Source: Aquificaceae bacterium (GTDB lineage: Bacteria; Aquificota; Aquificia; Aquificales; Aquificaceae). From it: a stretch of DNA of 37,544 nt. Below are positions 35,959 to 37,544 of this stretch, piece by piece. Under the pieces are notes generated by a model. That model made no database searches and was not told the origin of the DNA. It worked only from the letters and a program-made list of their open reading frames with translations. The translations under genes and the position numbers were made by a program. The first letter of the stretch is position 1, and each line of letters starts with the position of its first letter. The stretch is from positions 2,581 through 40,124 of the forward strand of contig JAXSMZ010000011.1 in the NCBI GenBank assembly GCA_037924335.1, read 5' to 3'.

Positions 35959-37263
35959 GTGAAAATAAAGGTTGGTATAGTAGGTTGTGGTGTTGTAGGG
36001 ACTGGAACAGTCAAGCTGCTTTTAGAGAACGCCTCTTTGATAAATAAAAGGACTGGTATTCAAGTGCTTTTGACAAAGGTGGCTGACAAAGATTGGGAAA
36101 GGGAAAGGGAAATAGATGTCCCCAAAAGCCTAAGGACTGAAGACTACAGGGAAGTTATAGAAAGCAGCGACATAGTTGTGGAGCTTGTAGGAGGGAAGAC
36201 CTTCGCCAAAGACCTAATTCTGGAGGTTCTTGAGAGGAGAAAGCACGTTGTAACTGCCAACAAACGCCTTTTGGCTGAGGATGGTTTTGAAATATTCAAA
36301 AAAGCCAAAGAAAAGGGTCTATACATAGGTTTTGAAGCATCCGTCGGTGGAGGCATACCCATAGTTAAAGCTCTCAAAGAAGGACTTTCGGCAAACAGGA
36401 TAGAGAGCATACATGGGATACTGAACGGAACTACAAACTATATACTCACCCAGATGCTGGAGGAAGATATGGACTTTTCCCATGCTCTTGAAATGGCCCA
36501 GAAGAAAGGTTATGCAGAGGCAGACCCATCCCTTGACATAGATGGTTGGGATTCGGCGCATAAGCTTTGCATACTTTCCATGATAGCTTTTGGGAAATAC
36601 ATCCCTTTTGAAGAGGTCTACGTTGGAGGTATAAGAAACATAGACCTTCTTGATGTGGAGCTTGGTAAAGAGATAGGCTACACTCTTAAGCTCCTTGCCA
36701 TATCAAAACATAAGGAAGGAGAGCTGGAGATAAGGGTTCACCCTACCTTTATAAGGTCTGAAGATGCTCTGGCAAAGGTTTCGGACGTTTACAATGCCAT
36801 AATGGTGGAAGGCGACTTTGTTGGCAAGACCATGTTTTACGGTAAAGGTGCTGGTTCACATCCAACAGCCTCGGCCGTAGTCTCTGACATAATAGACATA
36901 TCAAAGAAGGTTCTGTTTTGCAAAAAGAGCGATGAAAATCTTGAGTGGGAAACTAAGGACATAAGAATAAACAAGAATTTTTACAGTAGATATTACCTGA
37001 GGTTTGACGTTCCAGATAGACCAGGGGTCTTAGCAAGCGTCTCTAAAGTCTTGGCAGACCAGAACATAAGCATAGCGAGCGTTCTGCAGAAGGAAAAGGT
37101 TTGCAAAATGGCTGGTAGGGAGAATGAGCACGTTGTCCCCCTCGTAATACTTACACACAAAGCTTATGAAAAGAGTATGCAGTCAGCTCTTGAAGAGATA
37201 AAGAAACTACCGGTTATAGTAGGTGAGCCCATAGTTATCAGAGTAGAAGAGGAGGCAGACTGA
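35959..37263 (+). CDS. hom: Homoserine dehydrogenase with ACT domain
   Basis: G.G.VG, VVTANK, EASVGGGIP, GILNGTTN, GYAEADP..D and D.PGVLA ACT domain. Confidence 0.97.
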   Translation: MKIKVGIVGCGVVGTGTVKLLLENASLINKRTGIQVLLTKVADKDWEREREIDVPKSLRTEDYREVIESSDIVVELVGGKTFAKDLILEVLERRKHVVTANKRLLAEDGFEIFKKAKEKGLYIGFEASVGGGIPIVKALKEGLSANRIESIHGILNGTTNYILTQMLEEDMDFSHALEMAQKKGYAEADPSLDIDGWDSAHKLCILSMIAFGKYIPFEEVYVGGIRNIDLLDVELGKEIGYTLKLLAISKHKEGELEIRVHPTFIRSEDALAKVSDVYNAIMVEGDFVGKTMFYGKGAGSHPTASAVVSDIIDISKKVLFCKKSDENLEWETKDIRINKNFYSRYYLRFDVPDRPGVLASVSKVLADQNISIASVLQKEKVCKMAGRENEHVVPLVILTHKAYEKSMQSALEEIKKLPVIVGEPIVIRVEEEAD

Positions 37264-37366
37264 TCTTATAGATGATACTAGAGAGAGTTCAAGAGTATTA
37301 GAAACTAATCACTGAATGTATAGAAATCTATTGACGTATATAGAAGTTTAGAAATATAGAGACCTC

Positions 37367-37395
37367 TTGACGCTTATAGAAGCGGACATTACAAT
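37367..37395 (+). promoter_or_regulatory. Sigma70-like promoter for the terminal ORF
   Basis: TTGACG (37367-37372), 17 nt, TACAAT (37390-37395). Confidence 0.65.
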
Positions 37396-37406
37396 GTTAA
37401 TCTGCT

Positions 37407-37544
37407 ATGCAAAGTAGCATCAAAAGAAGTCTGCTTTTCTCTCTGGACTTTGCAAACACAGGCAAGTTAGACTTCCTTGAAAACCTTTGGCAAGAATATC
37501 AAAAGGCATGCCAACATTTTATAGATGTGGGCTATGAAACTAAA
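37407..37544 (+). CDS. Partial ORF, possibly a TnpB/Cas12f-like N-terminus
   Basis: MQSSIKRSLLFSLDFANTGKLDFLENLWQEYQKACQHFIDVGYETK, open to the window edge. Beta-strand plus long helix pattern as in TnpB N-termini. RuvC domain not visible. Confidence 0.5.
   Translation, partial: MQSSIKRSLLFSLDFANTGKLDFLENLWQEYQKACQHFIDVGYETK

Noticed and set aside
37394..37417. MLICYAK as an IS607 serine-recombinase (YARVS) relic
   Set aside because: Seven codons then a stop, overlapping the promoter and the longer ORF. Too short to support.

Overview
Chromosomal segment, most likely from an Aquificaceae thermophile (Hydrogenobacter/Thermocrinis-like), judged from korAB, paired ba3/A2 heme-copper oxidases, a CCA-less tRNA and compact gene packing. 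From left to right: a CRISPR array (30-bp repeat, read on the minus strand) and leader; a complete type I-B cas operon (cas6-cas8b-cas7-cas5-cas3-cas4-cas1-cas2); an internally deleted IS5-like remnant; tRNA-Pro, dnaG, asd, a JAB peptidase and SRP RNA; a B-type (ba3) and an A2-type cytochrome c oxidase operon, each with its own SCO; mqnP/ubiA, hemH, a GAF-GAF-PAS-GGDEF-EAL protein, mogA, pmbA, a tandem receiver-like protein, an ABC substrate-binding protein, korAB, a pentapeptide protein, a Clp-fold protease, hom, and the start of a possible TnpB. The most striking feature is a 937-bp 'giant spacer' (79-1015) between two perfect repeats. It looks like a contiguous phage fragment, with a repressor cut at its N-terminus, one intact secreted-protein gene with a strong RBS, and a truncated possible head-tail adaptor gene, all in the sense of array transcription. 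Also notable are a 163-bp IS200/IS605-type MITE that appears to have swapped a host stop codon and may retain an omegaRNA, a U_UUU_UUA slippery site splitting a metal-binding membrane gene, an internal cas11 start, and many apparently leaderless genes. Family assignments come from motif recognition by eye, not database searches.
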